Shown piece after piece: positions 47,822 through 57,749 of a stretch of 64,000 nt of DNA. The stretch is taken from positions 4,776 to 68,775 of IMG/VR virus record IMGVR_UViG_3300025010_000009; one strand, 5' to 3'. This stretch comes from a virus. Under the pieces are notes generated by a model. It saw only the letters and a program-made list of their open reading frames with translations. It did not search any database and was not told the origin of the DNA. Each line of letters starts with the position of its first letter. Position 1 is the first letter of the stretch. The position numbers and the translations under genes were made by a program.

Positions 47822-49487
47822 TCCCGCCCCCTATTTTATTCATAAGGTATTTGATTGTACTTGTTTCCTCAATGTCCAGGCCTTCCATTGCCGCGTGAAT
47901 AACTGCTGCTTTGTAGTCAAGGATTTCAATAAATCCTTCCTCAATCGTTCCTCTGGCCATGAGGTAGTATGCTGTTGATTTACGTGTTTGACTTATACGC
48001 CAAATCCGGTCCTCAGCCTGGCTATGGTCTGTGGGTTTAAAACTGTACTCAAGGGTGCAACTATTTGCGGCCGCAGTTAGGGTTAGGCCCACCCCGGCTG
48101 CAGTTAGGTTGCCTATGAAAAGTTGACAACTGGGATCTGATTGAAATCGATCCTCAGCAGCTTTCCTGGCCAGGCCTGTAACACTGCCATCAACTTTAAC
48201 AGCAATAGCGCCAAACTTTTTCATCAGGGTGTCAATTATTTTCTTGTGCCAGGCAAACACAACAAGCTTTTCCCCGCTCTCAAGGAAATCACTAATCCAG
48301 TCAATAGCAGAATCTAGTTTGGCCTCAGCAGCAGCCTGCCGTAATTTACTGATCTGTACTATAGGCTCAAGCTCAGTGCATTCTTTCACTACCTTATTGT
48401 ATAAGGTTTTATCAACCTCAATGGGGATAACAACTCTGGTTTTAGGTGGTAAGTCTTTCAGGACATCAACCTTTTTACGCCTGAGCATTACTGTGCTCAT
48501 GAGTTTGCGATTGAGTTCAGCAGTATTGCTCCGGCCATTGTATTTCCAACCCCATCCATCATGGTGTCCCTCACAATATCGGCGGATAAAGTCAAGCCAG
48601 TTGGGGAAAATAGTTGGGTTGATTATCTGTAGTAGTCGATAGATATCAATAATTCGGTTTTCAATTGGGGTGCCCGTTAGACCAATTCGGAAAGGGGCTG
48701 ACTTAGCTGCCTGGATAAATGCCCTATGTCGTTGTGTCTTTTCAACTCCAAGTTTATGAAATTCATCAGCAACAACAGTTTTCCATTCTATCTCAGCCAG
48801 ATCTGGTCTGAGTTCAACAGCCTTTCCCGTTTTTTTACACGCTCGACACTCCCTTCTTTTATAGTCAATACCCTGGCATTTTGGGCATACCTGACTTTCA
48901 GCAAGAATATCATAGTTAATGACTACAATATCTGTATTAGGGGTAATACCCTGTTTTCCTGTCCGGCCTTCAATTACTTGAACCCTAACTCCAGTCATAA
49001 GTTTTTGAGCCTCTTGTACCCACATATACTTGACTGTGGCTGGGCATACTATAAGAGCGGGTAAGGCATCAGCTTTACGTAATTGGAGCCAGGCAAGAGT
49101 TTGCCAGGTTTTCCCCAGGCCCATATCATCTGCATTGAGTACCCTGCCATTTTGGAGTTCGTAGAATCCAACACCCTCTGCCTGGAATGGCATGAGTTGC
49201 CCGTTGAATCCAGGGATGTCCCAGATGGCCTGAGCTTTTCTGTTCTCGGGGATTTTATACAGTGTCCACCACTTTTTGATCTTGGGATGGATTTCAAATC
49301 CCCAATCAATAAGCTGCTCCACATTCTTTTCATTCAGGGGTGCTGTCCAGTGCGGACTAGGCTGCGTATAAAACCTCCTGCTGTTTAGGGTTTTAACCTT
49401 AGAGACTAGTGCTGGTAATTTGGGGAAATAAATTTTAATGGAATTCCCCTCAAGTTCAGTATATTTTTGAGCTGCTCTGGATTTCAT
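47805..49487 (-). CDS. SNF2/HARP-like helicase with zinc-finger insert
   Basis: DDMGLGKT, DEFH, LTGTP, GVGLTLT, QAEDRIWR; CPKC...CRAC insert. Confidence 0.9.
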   Translation of the reverse strand: MKSRAAQKYTELEGNSIKIYFPKLPALVSKVKTLNSRRFYTQPSPHWTAPLNEKNVEQLIDWGFEIHPKIKKWWTLYKIPENRKAQAIWDIPGFNGQLMPFQAEGVGFYELQNGRVLNADDMGLGKTWQTLAWLQLRKADALPALIVCPATVKYMWVQEAQKLMTGVRVQVIEGRTGKQGITPNTDIVVINYDILAESQVCPKCQGIDYKRRECRACKKTGKAVELRPDLAEIEWKTVVADEFHKLGVEKTQRHRAFIQAAKSAPFRIGLTGTPIENRIIDIYRLLQIINPTIFPNWLDFIRRYCEGHHDGWGWKYNGRSNTAELNRKLMSTVMLRRKKVDVLKDLPPKTRVVIPIEVDKTLYNKVVKECTELEPIVQISKLRQAAAEAKLDSAIDWISDFLESGEKLVVFAWHKKIIDTLMKKFGAIAVKVDGSVTGLARKAAEDRFQSDPSCQLFIGNLTAAGVGLTLTAAANSCTLEYSFKPTDHSQAEDRIWRISQTRKSTAYYLMARGTIEEGFIEILDYKAAVIHAAMEGLDIEETSTIKYLMNKIGGGNEKNN

Positions 49488-49489
49488 TG

Positions 49490-49738
49490 TTATATTTTGC
49501 GTTTGATAGTCCAGCCTTCGGGAGCTGCACCAGATCCTATATAATATCCGGGGATAAAAGCTGGCCACATGGTTGAAGCAGCCCCGGCATATGCCAGACT
49601 GAAACAGTAATTTTGAATTTTCTCAGCTTTGGACAGAGCATCAAAGTGTTGGGCAAAGAATGTATTTAACCAACCGGCGAGAATAAACCAGGAAATAACT
49701 GCGCTAATGACATATATTTTAAGTATTTTGTTTTTCAT
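49490..49738 (-). CDS. Small membrane protein
   Basis: Two hydrophobic segments. Confidence 0.5.
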   Translation of the reverse strand: MKNKILKIYVISAVISWFILAGWLNTFFAQHFDALSKAEKIQNYCFSLAYAGAASTMWPAFIPGYYIGSGAAPEGWTIKRKI

Positions 49739-49743
49739 AGCTA

Positions 49744-50055
49744 TTACTCCTCAGTACAGGTTACAATATCCCCAGTTTCTGTTAGGGCATCAACCAGTGT
49801 ATAGGTATCTTGTTCAGTGAGTACTATATAATAGCGGATTCCTGCGTGACAGATGGCGTAAATTCCCATATCCGTTGTTAAATCGGGGGAGGTTTCCCAG
49901 TGTTTAAGTTCTGAATTGAATTCAGTTACTTTGTTATGAAGAAGGTTATCTACATAGATAACCCAGGTTGAGATTCCAATAAGTAGAATCCCCATTGCTA
50001 GAAAAAAAACTGGAACTCCATAATTGTGGATGAAATAGATTAACTTGGTTTTCAT
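49744..50055 (-). CDS. Small membrane-anchored protein
   Basis: N-terminal TM helix. Confidence 0.5.
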   Translation of the reverse strand: MKTKLIYFIHNYGVPVFFLAMGILLIGISTWVIYVDNLLHNKVTEFNSELKHWETSPDLTTDMGIYAICHAGIRYYIVLTEQDTYTLVDALTETGDIVTCTEE

Positions 50056-50237
50056 TTTACCCTCACTCTGGTTCTGGTCCTAACCCGTTCATGACTGATA
50101 GGTAAGGCTCTTCTTCGTTTAGGTTCCCCGCGCATATAGGCTATAACTAGGCCACAAATAGGACAGGATTTAACCCACTGCCCATAGGTTAAATCCTGGG
50201 CCTGAAATCCTTTACATTTTGGGTTTGGGCATTTCAT
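50052..50237 (-). CDS. Small zinc-ribbon protein with [11 protein letters not shown] tail
   Basis: CPNPKC...CPICG. Confidence 0.55.
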   Translation of the reverse strand: MKCPNPKCKGFQAQDLTYGQWVKSCPICGLVIAYMRGEPKRRRALPISHERVRTRTRVRVK

Positions 50238-50770
50238 AATCTTTTTATATCATCCCTGAATTCACAGAAATAATCAGATACAGCCATTTTACGAATGATT
50301 TCAATAGCCTCTTGAACACCTCCAGAAGTCTCTATCCAATCACCTCTTGTAAGATGGAAAATCATTTGGGCAAATAGACGGTCATCCCCTTTGAACCTAG
50401 TTCCACCACAGTGGAACGGTATTCCTGATGAAAAATCAAGGTCAGCCCCTCCCAGGTTAGCCCCTCCCAGGTCAGCCTCTCTCAGGTCAGCCTCTCCCAG
50501 GTTAGCCCCTCCCAGGTTAGCCCCTCCCAGGTTAGCCCATCTCAGGTTAGCCCATCTCAGGTTAGCCCCTCCCAGGTTAGCCTCTCCCAGGTTAGCCCCT
50601 CCCAGGTTAGCCCCTCCCAGGTTAGCCCCTCCCAGGTTAGCCCATCTCAGGTTAGCTCGTTTTCCGTATCTTTTATTACTTTCAATCCAAAGTAAATGTT
50701 CAGCTAATATATCATATAATAATCTTTTCATGCCTACTCCTTTATTAGACAATAACCAGCTAACATCCAA
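50234..50770 (-). CDS. Pentapeptide repeat protein
   Basis: A[ND]Lxx repeats. Confidence 0.9.
   Translation of the reverse strand: MDVSWLLSNKGVGMKRLLYDILAEHLLWIESNKRYGKRANLRWANLGGANLGGANLGGANLGEANLGGANLRWANLRWANLGGANLGGANLGEADLREADLGGANLGGADLDFSSGIPFHCGGTRFKGDDRLFAQMIFHLTRGDWIETSGGVQEAIEIIRKMAVSDYFCEFRDDIKRL
50440..50657 (-). repeat. 15-bp tandem repeats encoding pentapeptides
   Basis: About 14 units of GCTAACCTGGGAGGG-like sequence. Confidence 0.95.
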
Positions 50771-50928
50771 CCTTCTCCTGCTGGTTTATATTGGCAGATT
50801 TGTTTTATAATAGGACCGTGACTATTTTTCCATTTTAAATCATTAATTTGAATATTGGTTATACTTTTGGTTTCAGTCTTTCCCTTTTGCTTTCTCCAGA
50901 AACTAGCATTAATCAGCATAACTTACCT

Positions 50929-51309
50929 TTATTCAGTTTTTAAATGGGTAGAAAAAGAAAATTTTCTGCTGTATGTTTTGATTAACCTGCGGAGGGAAAG
51001 CATATGTGCTTCATATGCTCCTTCACGTTCAAGATCAATACCAATAGTATCTTGTCTTGCGCTAAGAATATTATACTCAAGAATGGTATCTATAAGTAAT
51101 TTAGTGCCGTAGCTAAATGGTTCAGCTTGTTCAACTCGTGCAACTATCTCTTTTGCTCTATCCTGGTTTTCTTGTGTTTGCTTACAAGATAATCCAATTA
51201 CCTTTCCCCGCCCTTCTAATGTATTTTTACTCATGATATTCCCCTTATTAGGATTTATTTTTCGATACTGGCCAGATATAAGGTAGGTTATCCGGTACAT
51301 TCCAGTCAT
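50929..51309 (-). CDS. Hypothetical protein
   Basis: ORF; probable start at MSKNT. Confidence 0.5.
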   Translation of the reverse strand: MTGMYRITYLISGQYRKINPNKGNIMSKNTLEGRGKVIGLSCKQTQENQDRAKEIVARVEQAEPFSYGTKLLIDTILEYNILSARQDTIGIDLEREGAYEAHMLSLRRLIKTYSRKFSFSTHLKTE

Positions 51310-51682
51310 ACTGTTTATAGAAATCAGGTGCTTTTCTTAATAGGTTACTCTGGTGTGCCCGGCAGAACTCTTCTGTAATCCATTCAGGTTTTAATACCCT
51401 TGAAAGAGAAAGAGCATATTCAAAGGTATAAAGTTGCTTCATATTATTTTTATACCCCCTTTCTACCCAGGTGTAAATAGATAAATCTCTGTATGCTGTT
51501 AGGGCAAGTTCATGACCTTTCCACATAAGGACAGCCGGGTGGTTGGCCCAGGCTTTTGATTTTGCTTTGCCGTTAAGGATATTGAGTATCTGATCTGCCT
51601 CAACACGTTGCTTACCTAACCGTCTATAATCGAGACACCAGAGGCTATCATAGATTGAGAGAAGCGGAAGGAATGTTTGCAT
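51248..51682 (-). CDS. Pyrimidine-dimer DNA glycosylase (DenV-like, MSMEG_6728-type)
   Basis: MQTFLP, LDYRRLGKQRVE, HPAVLMWKG, HQSNLLRK, LPYIWP. Confidence 0.85.
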   Translation of the reverse strand: MQTFLPLLSIYDSLWCLDYRRLGKQRVEADQILNILNGKAKSKAWANHPAVLMWKGHELALTAYRDLSIYTWVERGYKNNMKQLYTFEYALSLSRVLKPEWITEEFCRAHQSNLLRKAPDFYKQYDWNVPDNLPYIWPVSKNKS

Positions 51683-51692
51683 AATAGTACCT

Positions 51693-51718
51693 AAAAGGGG
51701 GTAGCCAGTCTACCCCCT
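51693..51718 (-). terminator. Intrinsic terminator
   Basis: AGGGGGTAG/CTACCCCCT stem with a short U run on the minus strand. Confidence 0.6.
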
Positions 51719-51732
51719 ATAGTTATTGAGTA

Positions 51733-52860
51733 TTAAAGCAGCTCGTCAATAAGATCCCAGGCCTTGTTCTTCAGGACGTTGCTTGATCCGAACAGGTTAT
51801 TGTTCAGCCGGTGTTCTACACTCCGGGCTCCCCGGTGGTGATCAGCATACTCAGTAACGGCATTGAGCAATCCCCAGGCAGTACCGTTAGCACTTACCAG
51901 TTCACTACCCATGGCCTTACCGGCATAGAGTTCATGAACGGTTCGCATAGCACGGGCATCGACGTTCTCAAGCAGGGCTTCAACCGCATCAGTACGGTCA
52001 GCCTGGCTCCAGGATTGCCCCAACAATTCAGCAACAACTTCCCGCTCCTGATCTTTCTGGCTGGTCTGTCCGGCCAGCATCTCGTTAATAACTGCCTGAT
52101 CAGCATTCTGGCGTGCAAAGAGTTTAACCAGCCACTCACTTGCTTCACGTTCTCCAACCCGGCGTTTTGCCAGCGCAGTAGCCTTGTCAATAAACTGGCT
52201 GAAGCTCCCCTGTACAAGACCGAGCTGGGCCTTAACGGCATCAGCGTCAAATACCTGATTGTGTGCAACTTTGATTGCTCTAACAGACTTTCCACTGTCA
52301 ATTTCTGAGAGTGCCACGCCCAGGGTATTATGGCAGACAACTCGCTCAATAACAAACCCGGCAGTAGTTGCAAGGCTATAATCACAGGAGGAACTCAGAA
52401 GCAGATAGCCCTCTACTTTGTCAACACCGGCAATCTGCGCCTCAGCCCCAACTTTTGCCAGTGCCCAGAATTTCTGGCCGTTGAAGAGAATACCACAGGT
52501 TTCAAGCTGAAAACCACCGGCTTCAACAAGGCTTTTGAAAAAGTGAAGGACCTCCCTGGGCTGTACGATTTTATACCCAGCGGAAACGATAGAAAGGGGG
52601 GAGCCGTTATCAGAACGGTAAAGGGCATGCCTGGCCGGGAAGGTCTTGGGCACGTCAATAACTCTACGGGAATCAGCGGGGGGAGGAACCCTGTAGGTAA
52701 GGGCACTGCGCTGAATTTCCCAGTCAAAACCACCCTCTTTTTCCCAGACCTCAATGGGGGCTCCGGGCGTAAGGGCTTGTCCCATGCCATGCCATGGGGT
52801 TTTCCCGGTATAGGCCATACTTGCCTGTCCTGCCTGGTTTACATAGATTTCTGCACTCAT
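51733..52860 (-). CDS. DUF932-family phage/plasmid protein
   Basis: TPWHGMG, YKIVQP, RVVCHNT, TAWGLLNAVTEYADH. Confidence 0.88.
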   Translation of the reverse strand: MSAEIYVNQAGQASMAYTGKTPWHGMGQALTPGAPIEVWEKEGGFDWEIQRSALTYRVPPPADSRRVIDVPKTFPARHALYRSDNGSPLSIVSAGYKIVQPREVLHFFKSLVEAGGFQLETCGILFNGQKFWALAKVGAEAQIAGVDKVEGYLLLSSSCDYSLATTAGFVIERVVCHNTLGVALSEIDSGKSVRAIKVAHNQVFDADAVKAQLGLVQGSFSQFIDKATALAKRRVGEREASEWLVKLFARQNADQAVINEMLAGQTSQKDQEREVVAELLGQSWSQADRTDAVEALLENVDARAMRTVHELYAGKAMGSELVSANGTAWGLLNAVTEYADHHRGARSVEHRLNNNLFGSSNVLKNKAWDLIDELL

Positions 52861-52872
52861 TTTGGGTTCTCC

Positions 52873-53073
52873 TTATTTATCAAGTTTTTCATTAATAAAT
52901 TCGACAACACAAAGAAGATTATCACGGATATTTGCTAAATCCTCTTTTTTGATTGCATATTTGTTACGGCTATTAATATAGCCGTGGAGGCGAATAATTT
53001 CATTTATGCAATCGTGGATATCTTCTTCTGTGCTGGGGATACTGAGTGCGAATTGGGTTGCGGTTGTACTCAT
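52873..53073 (-). CDS. Small early hypothetical protein
   Basis: SD AAGGAG; first gene after the promoter. Confidence 0.6.
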   Translation of the reverse strand: MSTTATQFALSIPSTEEDIHDCINEIIRLHGYINSRNKYAIKKEDLANIRDNLLCVVEFINEKLDK

Positions 53074-53146
53074 TTTAGGTTCTCCTTTATCACCCCCGTA
53101 TAGGGTGGTCAGAGGTTTATGTGGTAGGTGGCTTACGTCTCAGCCT

Positions 53147-53185
53147 TTAGAAATACTATAAACCTCCTGGTTAAGAAAGTAAAGA
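53147..53185 (-). promoter_or_regulatory. Early promoter TTTACT-N17-TATAGT, copy 2
   Basis: Identical to 41860-41898; lies in the divergent AT-rich region. Confidence 0.8.
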
Positions 53186-53344
53186 AAAAAATAATAATAA
53201 AGTAAAAAAAATAATGAACCCCCTAACTATAAGGAATTACTAGGAATAAAAAGTATAAAATTTGCGTTTTAATATTATATTTATAATATTAAACTCTAAG
53301 TATAGGCAATTAAATTCAAAAAAATTAAGTTGAGCACATAGCCC

Positions 53345-54079
53345 ATGAGAGAAATAGTCAGAGAAAGAGTTAAACCCCTACCCCAATCAGAACAGCAGGG
53401 ACATGCTCCAAGACAACGTCAACGTCAACGTCAAAGGGTTAATCCCTCGGTTAATCCCTCGGTTAATCCCTCGGTTAATCCCTCGGTTAATCCCCCGGCC
53501 AATACCCCTGATACATATGAGTTTGAGCACGCGGCCAAGAGAAATACTAAGGGTCAGTTTGGTCAAGGTAATTGCCTTTGGAAATTTGTAAATCCCGGGA
53601 GACCTCGTATATTTGAGACCCCTGAAGCTATGTGGGCTAAGGCCTGTGAATATTTTAAATACCAACAAGATAATCCCTGGCGGGAACAGCGTATAGCAAG
53701 TAAAAGGGGAGAACCTGATATTGTTGAACTTGATAAACCAGTGCCATTTACCCTAGAGGGCTTTCGGTTGTTCTCAAATATAACTGAGGGATGTTGGCAC
53801 GCTTATCAATTGAGAACCGAATATGTAAAAGTCTGTAGGCAAATCATGGAAGTTATAAGGAATCAGAAGTTTGCTGGCGCGGCAGCAGGCTTTTTTAATC
53901 ACGCTATCATAGCTAGGGATCTTGGCCTTGCGGATAAGAAGGAATTGACTGGTGTAGATAATACCCCGCTTATACCCCCGGAGCAGGGTGATAACCGGGC
54001 AAAGAATATGCGGGCTATGATGTTGGCTGCTCTGGCGGTAGACGCTGACGCTGATAGTGAGGAAGAGTCTGGTGGTTGA
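53345..54079 (+). CDS. terS: Terminase small subunit (P22 gp3-like)
   Basis: GRPRIFETPE, PFTLEG, NHAIIARDLGLADK. Confidence 0.85.
   Translation: MREIVRERVKPLPQSEQQGHAPRQRQRQRQRVNPSVNPSVNPSVNPSVNPPANTPDTYEFEHAAKRNTKGQFGQGNCLWKFVNPGRPRIFETPEAMWAKACEYFKYQQDNPWREQRIASKRGEPDIVELDKPVPFTLEGFRLFSNITEGCWHAYQLRTEYVKVCRQIMEVIRNQKFAGAAAGFFNHAIIARDLGLADKKELTGVDNTPLIPPEQGDNRAKNMRAMMLAALAVDADADSEEESGG
53414..53497 (+). repeat. (CAACGT)x3 and (GTTAATCCCTCG)x~5 tandem repeats in terS
   Basis: Encode QRQRQR and VNPS repeats. Confidence 0.95.
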
Positions 54080-54281
54080 CCTTGAGTGTATTCCCGTATC
54101 AGATTACTCCTGCTTTCTGGATAGTGTGGGCGTAATGGACGCTACTGATTGGGAAATATTGCGTAAAATGGTCAGGGAAAGTGATTTTGTATATATCTGT
54201 GAACGAAATCAATATACAGGTCATCACTATTTTATCCACTTCCTTCCCCTAGTAAGCAAGGGCCAGGGGTATATAAAATGA
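54057..54281 (+). CDS. Hypothetical small protein
   Basis: Fills the gap between terS and terL. Confidence 0.4.
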   Translation: MRKSLVVDLECIPVSDYSCFLDSVGVMDATDWEILRKMVRESDFVYICERNQYTGHHYFIHFLPLVSKGQGYIK

Positions 54282-55837
54282 GTACTGGGGGTCAATATCT
54301 TCCCAGTCTGATTGAATTCTGGAGGATAAAACGGAAACACCAGGGGTTGCCCTGTATTATTAAGCCGTTTCATTATGATCTGGCAAATGCATATACTAAG
54401 TTGCTCTTAGGGGTACTACCCCGGCCTAACCTGATGGTCTTGGAACCCCCTAGGTGTTTGAAGACAAGTCTTTGTGATACGTTTATTGAGTACGCTCTTT
54501 CATATTTTCCGGATAGTGAGTTCATTAAGGCTGGATTTGGTAAGGAATTACCTGTAGAGAGCGTGATTGATATTCGTAATACACTTTCAAGTGATTGGTA
54601 TCGGAGCATGGTAGATGATCAGTGGGGTTGCCATGTTCAGATGATTGGTGAGAAAGCAGGTGGTCGTCAGGACCACTTTTATACCCTGGAGGGTGGTAGC
54701 GTTAAGGCCGGTGGCGTTGGCACGGGTATTATCGGTTTCGGAGCTGGTAAGTTAAGGCCTGAATTTGGCGGGGCTATCGTAATGGATGACCTTCTTAAAC
54801 CCCAGGATATGCGCTCTGCAGTGGTGAGGAAGGCTACCTGGGATTATGTACAGAATGGCCTTAAACCCCGGAGAAACCGGCAGAGTCCTCCATATACGCC
54901 CATTATTCTCATAATGCAGAGACTCCACCCGGAAGATCCTGCTGGAATGTGCCTGAGGGAAGAACGTGATGACTGGTATGTGGTGTGCGTACCGGCACAT
55001 AATCCTGATGGTACGAGTATTTGGGAGGAAAGGATCTCAGCTGCTGAGCTTGAGAAGATGCGGGCGCGGGACCCGGAAAAGTATTATAGTCAGTACCAGC
55101 AGAACCCAAAAGCAGGTGCGGGTGTAATACTCCAGGGGCAATGGTGGTACCACTGGCAGGACCGGCTTGAGATGGAAAGAAGATTTACCCTCAAGTTCAT
55201 TACTGCTGATACTGCGTTTAAGGCCCAGGATGCTAATGACTGGAGTGTATTTCAATGCTGGGGGTGTGAGGGTAAACAGGGCTTACACCTTGTTGATCAA
55301 ATAAGGGGAAAATGGGAATTCCCTGAACTTCTGAAGTATGCCAAGGCATTTTGGCTTAAACACCGAACACCCCGGCGTGGATATACCCCGGCAGCACATT
55401 TCTTCATTGAGGACAAGGCAAGTGGTATCAGTCTTATCCAGAGTATGCAGCGTCAGGGTATCCCGGTAATACCCTGGGCACCGGCTGATAATACTAGCCC
55501 TGATAAGGTGGGACGTGCTAAACAGGCAAGTGATCCTCTTGCTACAGGTAGGATAAGCCTTCCACCACTAGATGCTCGACAGGATCTTAAATGGAGAGAT
55601 TTACCCCCGGCGTTTAAGCGGGAGTACCCCCGGCCTGATACCTTTGAGGATTTGCCTGATATTAAGTGGGTACAATGCCTAAAGGATGAGGCTGAGAGTT
55701 TTTCAACTGATGACAGTCATCTTTTTGATGACCAGGTTGATACATTTACTGAGGCTGCTTGTATTTGGATGGAGAATGGTGGGGGTGTAGGACCCCTGCC
55801 CAATATGAGTGGACTTATACAAATTAATGAACAATAG
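54278..55837 (+). CDS. terL: Terminase large subunit
   Basis: PPRCLKT, IVMDD, IMQRLH, QYQQNP, TADTA, IEDKASG, DDQVD. Confidence 0.92.
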   Translation: MSTGGQYLPSLIEFWRIKRKHQGLPCIIKPFHYDLANAYTKLLLGVLPRPNLMVLEPPRCLKTSLCDTFIEYALSYFPDSEFIKAGFGKELPVESVIDIRNTLSSDWYRSMVDDQWGCHVQMIGEKAGGRQDHFYTLEGGSVKAGGVGTGIIGFGAGKLRPEFGGAIVMDDLLKPQDMRSAVVRKATWDYVQNGLKPRRNRQSPPYTPIILIMQRLHPEDPAGMCLREERDDWYVVCVPAHNPDGTSIWEERISAAELEKMRARDPEKYYSQYQQNPKAGAGVILQGQWWYHWQDRLEMERRFTLKFITADTAFKAQDANDWSVFQCWGCEGKQGLHLVDQIRGKWEFPELLKYAKAFWLKHRTPRRGYTPAAHFFIEDKASGISLIQSMQRQGIPVIPWAPADNTSPDKVGRAKQASDPLATGRISLPPLDARQDLKWRDLPPAFKREYPRPDTFEDLPDIKWVQCLKDEAESFSTDDSHLFDDQVDTFTEAACIWMENGGGVGPLPNMSGLIQINEQ

Positions 55838-55845
55838 GATTATAT

Positions 55846-56046
55846 ATGTATAGTCTTGTCGTTAATTTACAATTATGTGTTGGTTGTGGGAATTGTACTG
55901 ATATTTTTCGTGATCGTTATACTACACTCCTGAGCCGGGGGGAACTCTTGCTTGATGATCTTACTGATAAGGATAAGGAATTAATTGAGTACGCTGTAAA
56001 CCAATGTTATGTTGATGCCCTTTTATTTAAGGAGATTGCAAAATGA
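55846..56046 (+). CDS. Single-cluster ferredoxin-like protein
   Basis: CVGCGNC plus distal C (CYVDAL). Confidence 0.7.
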   Translation: MYSLVVNLQLCVGCGNCTDIFRDRYTTLLSRGELLLDDLTDKDKELIEYAVNQCYVDALLFKEIAK

Positions 56047-56252
56047 GTTTTAAGCCCATGACACATAGGAAATCTATTATAATCGCTCTGGTTGTAATAG
56101 CTGAGACTGCGTTGGTATTGTCCGGCCTTGCTCTTTTCCGGGCTGACCTGGATAAGACAATCCTGCTTGCCCTTATTGGCGTGGCATCAAATATTGTGTC
56201 CGTACTGGCTGGGGTATATATCGGTAAGACAAAAGAGGATACCCCAGCGTGA
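56043..56252 (+). CDS. Two-TM small protein (holin-like)
   Basis: Two hydrophobic helices and a charged C-terminus. Confidence 0.55.
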   Translation: MSFKPMTHRKSIIIALVVIAETALVLSGLALFRADLDKTILLALIGVASNIVSVLAGVYIGKTKEDTPA

Positions 56253-57721
56253 AAAAGAAACTCTTTATACTAGCTTTGTTTCTCTGCCTGCCTTCTGTTG
56301 GGTGGGCTGCAGTATATTACCATGATCCTGATTGCGCAGAAAATGGGAATGGGCTTTCTTTCGCGTGTGCAGAAACTCCAGGCGGTGCAGGGGCTTTCAA
56401 TACTACCTCTGGCGTCACATACTCAGGGGCTAATTGGTATTTATTTAAAGCTGGTTCAACTATGTCTGCCGCCTATGTAGATATTTCTGCTGGTGGGACC
56501 TCGGCATCAGATAGGTTAACCATTGGGAGCTACACAACGGGTGGGGTGATCACAACATCAAAAGCCGTTCTTGATGGTTTCGGCAATGGGCAGACCAGAG
56601 TAATAAATTCAACCAATAAGTATTACTGGACTATCCAGGATCTTGAAATTGTCTATGACGATGAATTAACGCAAGATAATCGTATAGGGATCGCGTGCCC
56701 GTCATCAGGAGGAACAGTTAGTACTGATTACGACAACATCATCCAGAGGGTATACGTTCACGATATACTAATAGACGAGTCTGCTGGTAATTATGCAAAC
56801 GGGATTCGCTCTGTTAGCAATGGAGGATTGCAAATTATAGACACCGCCATAGATAATATATCGAGTGATGACTTTTATGGTGGTGGTGATAATTTGCAAA
56901 TTATCAGGCCAAATTTTTCAGGATCTGGGCAAGGGTCTTTGGTGACAGGTGATGAAATTCAGCTAACCACTGGTACTGGATGGTTAGTACAGGGCGGGAC
57001 ACTTACTCATCCCCAGCATGACGAGAAGAATACTTTCAACGCTGCTTCTACTGCTGGGGCCGGAGTGATCGAGGACGTCACGTTGAATTGTTATGAGGGA
57101 GAGGCATTAGCAGCTTACTGCTGTTATATCCAAGCTCCAGGTACAGTTGCCAGAAGATTAAAAATAAAGGGCAGCGGCATAGTTGGTCCTGTATTTTTTT
57201 CGGCGTCATCTACTGGCGGCGAATTCTATGATAACTATGTTATTGCGACTCAGGCAGCAGACCGGGGTGCATATGTTTTCGCAAATGACGTAAGCATGCT
57301 CAATAACACATTCGTTTATAATGGAAGTGGCGCTTCAACTGGTTATGGAATTCATGAACCTGTGACCATTACAGGTGGAATTCAAACCAATAATATTATC
57401 TCTGGATTTTCAACAGGTATCCGCAGCACAAATAGCACAGATAGCTACAATGATATTCACGGGGTTACGTCAGACTGTACAAATTCTGACGGTACAGCAA
57501 GAGATTGTGGGACAGGGACAATAACCTCTGACCCGCTTCTCGATAGCCAAGGACACCCGGCTTTGAATTCCCCAGTTATTAATGCTGGGGCTGATGTGGG
57601 TTTACCCTTTTGGGGTACTGCTCCTGAGATTGGTGCTTTTGAAGTTGGGGGGTACCCAGTTAAAGTCAATAACTTACCATACCTGATGCCAATTTGGCGG
57701 ATGGGCGTAGGTGTACAGTAA
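56249..57721 (+). CDS. Right-handed beta-helix protein with signal peptide
   Basis: KKK + hydrophobic + GWA-A; NNTF/NNII turns; DPLL...SPVINAG...PEIGAFE tail. Confidence 0.75.
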   Translation: MKKKLFILALFLCLPSVGWAAVYYHDPDCAENGNGLSFACAETPGGAGAFNTTSGVTYSGANWYLFKAGSTMSAAYVDISAGGTSASDRLTIGSYTTGGVITTSKAVLDGFGNGQTRVINSTNKYYWTIQDLEIVYDDELTQDNRIGIACPSSGGTVSTDYDNIIQRVYVHDILIDESAGNYANGIRSVSNGGLQIIDTAIDNISSDDFYGGGDNLQIIRPNFSGSGQGSLVTGDEIQLTTGTGWLVQGGTLTHPQHDEKNTFNAASTAGAGVIEDVTLNCYEGEALAAYCCYIQAPGTVARRLKIKGSGIVGPVFFSASSTGGEFYDNYVIATQAADRGAYVFANDVSMLNNTFVYNGSGASTGYGIHEPVTITGGIQTNNIISGFSTGIRSTNSTDSYNDIHGVTSDCTNSDGTARDCGTGTITSDPLLDSQGHPALNSPVINAGADVGLPFWGTAPEIGAFEVGGYPVKVNNLPYLMPIWRMGVGVQ

Positions 57722-57749
57722 TAAATTAGAGAAAAGAGAGGAGAAGGTA

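Noticed and set aside
50440-50657. CRISPR-like regular repeats
   Set aside because: 15-bp tandem units with no spacers; fully explained by pentapeptide codons
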